From the NCBI GenBank assembly GCA_048772705.1, contig JBLWGC010000046.1:1-5629 (forward strand): DNA of 5,629 nt. Direction: 5' to 3'. Below are positions 5,020-5,629 of the stretch, in pieces (the first letter of the stretch is position 1; every line of letters begins with the position of its first letter). The notes beneath the pieces are model-generated. The model did no database searches and was not told the origin of the DNA. It was given only the letters and a program-made list of their open reading frames with translations. Position numbers and translations under genes: made by a program. The stretch comes from Leidyana gryllorum EB-2025a (lineage: Eukaryota > Protista > Apicomplexa).

Positions 5020-5102
5020 CGACAACTGTTGGATTCTGAACCAGCGCGGGCCAAGCCCAGTAGATTTCGAGTCTACCCCCTTAACCACTCGGGCAAGTTG
5101 GC
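5020..5102 (-). pseudogene. trnS-CGA: tRNA-Ser(CGA) copy with T-loop insertion
   Basis: Reverse complement GCCAACTTGCCCGAGTGG...GTAGA-CT-CGA-AA-TCTAC...GCTGG-TTCAGAAT-CCAAC: 8-nt T-loop, T-stem mismatch and acceptor pair 2 mismatch. Confidence 0.8.
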
Positions 5103-5173
5103 AACTGTCGAACTCGGTATGCCGCAGACAGTGGCTACGTATACGGCTCTCGCGCATGACAAGCACGCTGTGT

Positions 5174-5233
5174 GATATGTGGTCTTGGGCTCTTCAAAGG
5201 TCGTAACTTCGAGTACTAAATACGGTGGGTGCA
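5174..5233 (+). pseudogene. Heavily deleted tRNA-Gly(TCC) relic
   Basis: TGTGGTCT...CTTCAAAGGTCGTAAC..TTCGAGT...GGTGCA.CCGTA matches blocks of Gly(TCC) 4491-4561 and its 3' flank. Confidence 0.55.
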
Positions 5234-5246
5234 CCCGTACGAAGTT

Positions 5247-5319
5247 TGGACGACCTGGGTATCGATCCCAGTACCTCTCGCATGCGAAGCGAGCGCTCTA
5301 CCATTTGAGCTAGCCGCCC
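5247..5319 (-). tRNA. trnA-CGC: tRNA-Ala(CGC), intact
   Basis: Reverse complement GGGCGGC/GTCGTCC+A with G3-U70; CTCGC-TT-CGC-AT-GCGAG; CTGGG-ATCGATA-CCCAG (A54, typical of eukaryotic cytosolic Ala). Confidence 0.95.
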
Positions 5320-5415
5320 GTTACGCAGACACGCTAGCGTTTAGGGGCCTTGACATACTATGAGGTGTTTCGAAGAGGGTACGGCTCTCGGCCAAAGCTG
5401 CGGCTCAGTGACTTG

Positions 5416-5488
5416 TCCACTGTAGTCTAAGTGGCTAGGATAAGCGGCTCTCACCCGTACGATCCGGGTTCAAGTCCCGACAGCGGAA
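5416..5488 (+). pseudogene. trnE-CTC: tRNA-Glu(CTC) with mismatches in three stems
   Basis: TCCACTG/CAGCGGA; AGCGG-CT-CTC-AC-CCGTA; CCGGG/CCCGA. Confidence 0.78.
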
Positions 5489-5571
5489 GTCATTGAAGTA
5501 CTCGATCAAAGTGCTCCGATAACTTCCGTCGATGACTGATGCGTGATTCCCGGCTTGCATTGGCTTGCATT

Positions 5572-5629
5572 GCCTTCTTAGCTTAGGGGCAGAGCATTCG
5601 CTTAGTAAGCGAAAGGTCGCCGGTTCGAT
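5572..5629 (+). tRNA. trnT-AGT: tRNA-Thr(AGT), cut by the window end
   Basis: The 58 visible nt are identical to the other two Thr copies. Confidence 0.9.

Larger units (their letters stand above)
4644..5145 (-). repeat. Inverted copy of module A (Ser-Gly-Cys with spacers), homologous to 1-520
   Basis: Reverse complement keeps gene order and spacers: AGCCACTGTCTGCGG, GTGCGATGTGATCGGAGGGTC, AAGCTCGT.CAC, GAAGAT.ACCTGAA and CAATGAGTCTG. Confidence 0.92.
5373..5629 (+). repeat. Inverted copy of module C (Glu-Thr), running off the window end
   Basis: GGTACGGCTCTCG.CCAAAGC, GTCATTGAA.TACTCGA.CAAAGTGCTCC and TGACTGAT.CGTGAT are reverse complements of spacers at 2908-3100 and 3827-4010. Confidence 0.9.

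Noticed and set aside
124-5206. All ORFs in the six-frame track (61-179 aa)
   Set aside because: They overlap tRNA genes or relics and yield typical tRNA shadow peptides (PGIEPGSS, RVRFP, GSIPG). None resembles a protein family I recognise, and paralogous modules do not preserve reading frames.
5142-5390. TACGGCTCTCG shared at 5142 and 5380 (reverse complement near 3993)
   Set aside because: An 11-bp match between otherwise unrelated flanks could be chance, and it is absent from the equivalent position of the direct module A copy.
5552-5571. GGCTTGCATT x2 direct duplication upstream of Thr
   Set aside because: A simple 10-bp slippage duplication with no inserted element between the copies.
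1-5629. tRNA-derived SINEs or a phage/bacterial tRNA array
   Set aside because: No poly-A tails, target-site duplications or common SINE body; flanks are co-duplicated with the genes. The tRNAs are eukaryotic type and lie on both strands.

Overview
The window has no credible protein-coding gene. It is a very dense cluster of eukaryotic cytosolic-type tRNA genes and decayed copies: about 35 tRNA-derived segments on both strands in 5.6 kb, covering roughly 15 amino-acid families. Eukaryotic hallmarks are A34 anticodons (Ile-AAT, Thr-AGT, Val-AAC, Leu-AAG), an A1-U72 initiator Met, Ala with A54, a C1-G72 Tyr body with an insertion after position 37, and no encoded CCA. Only a few copies are fully intact: Ile-AAT, Thr-AGT x2 plus one cut by the window edge, Glu-CTC, Pro-CGG and Ala-CGC. 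Four more carry a single stem mismatch, and the rest are degenerate, truncated or anticodon-shifted. The array is a mosaic of three multi-tRNA modules (Ser-Gly-Cys, Val-Asp-Leu, Thr-Glu-Pro) copied in direct and inverted orientation. It also shows deletions, a 61-bp micro-inversion, a 3x50-bp tandem repeat, short spacer hairpins and almost no adjacent oligo-T Pol III terminators. The source organism cannot be determined from the sequence alone. All folds and alignments were done by eye.
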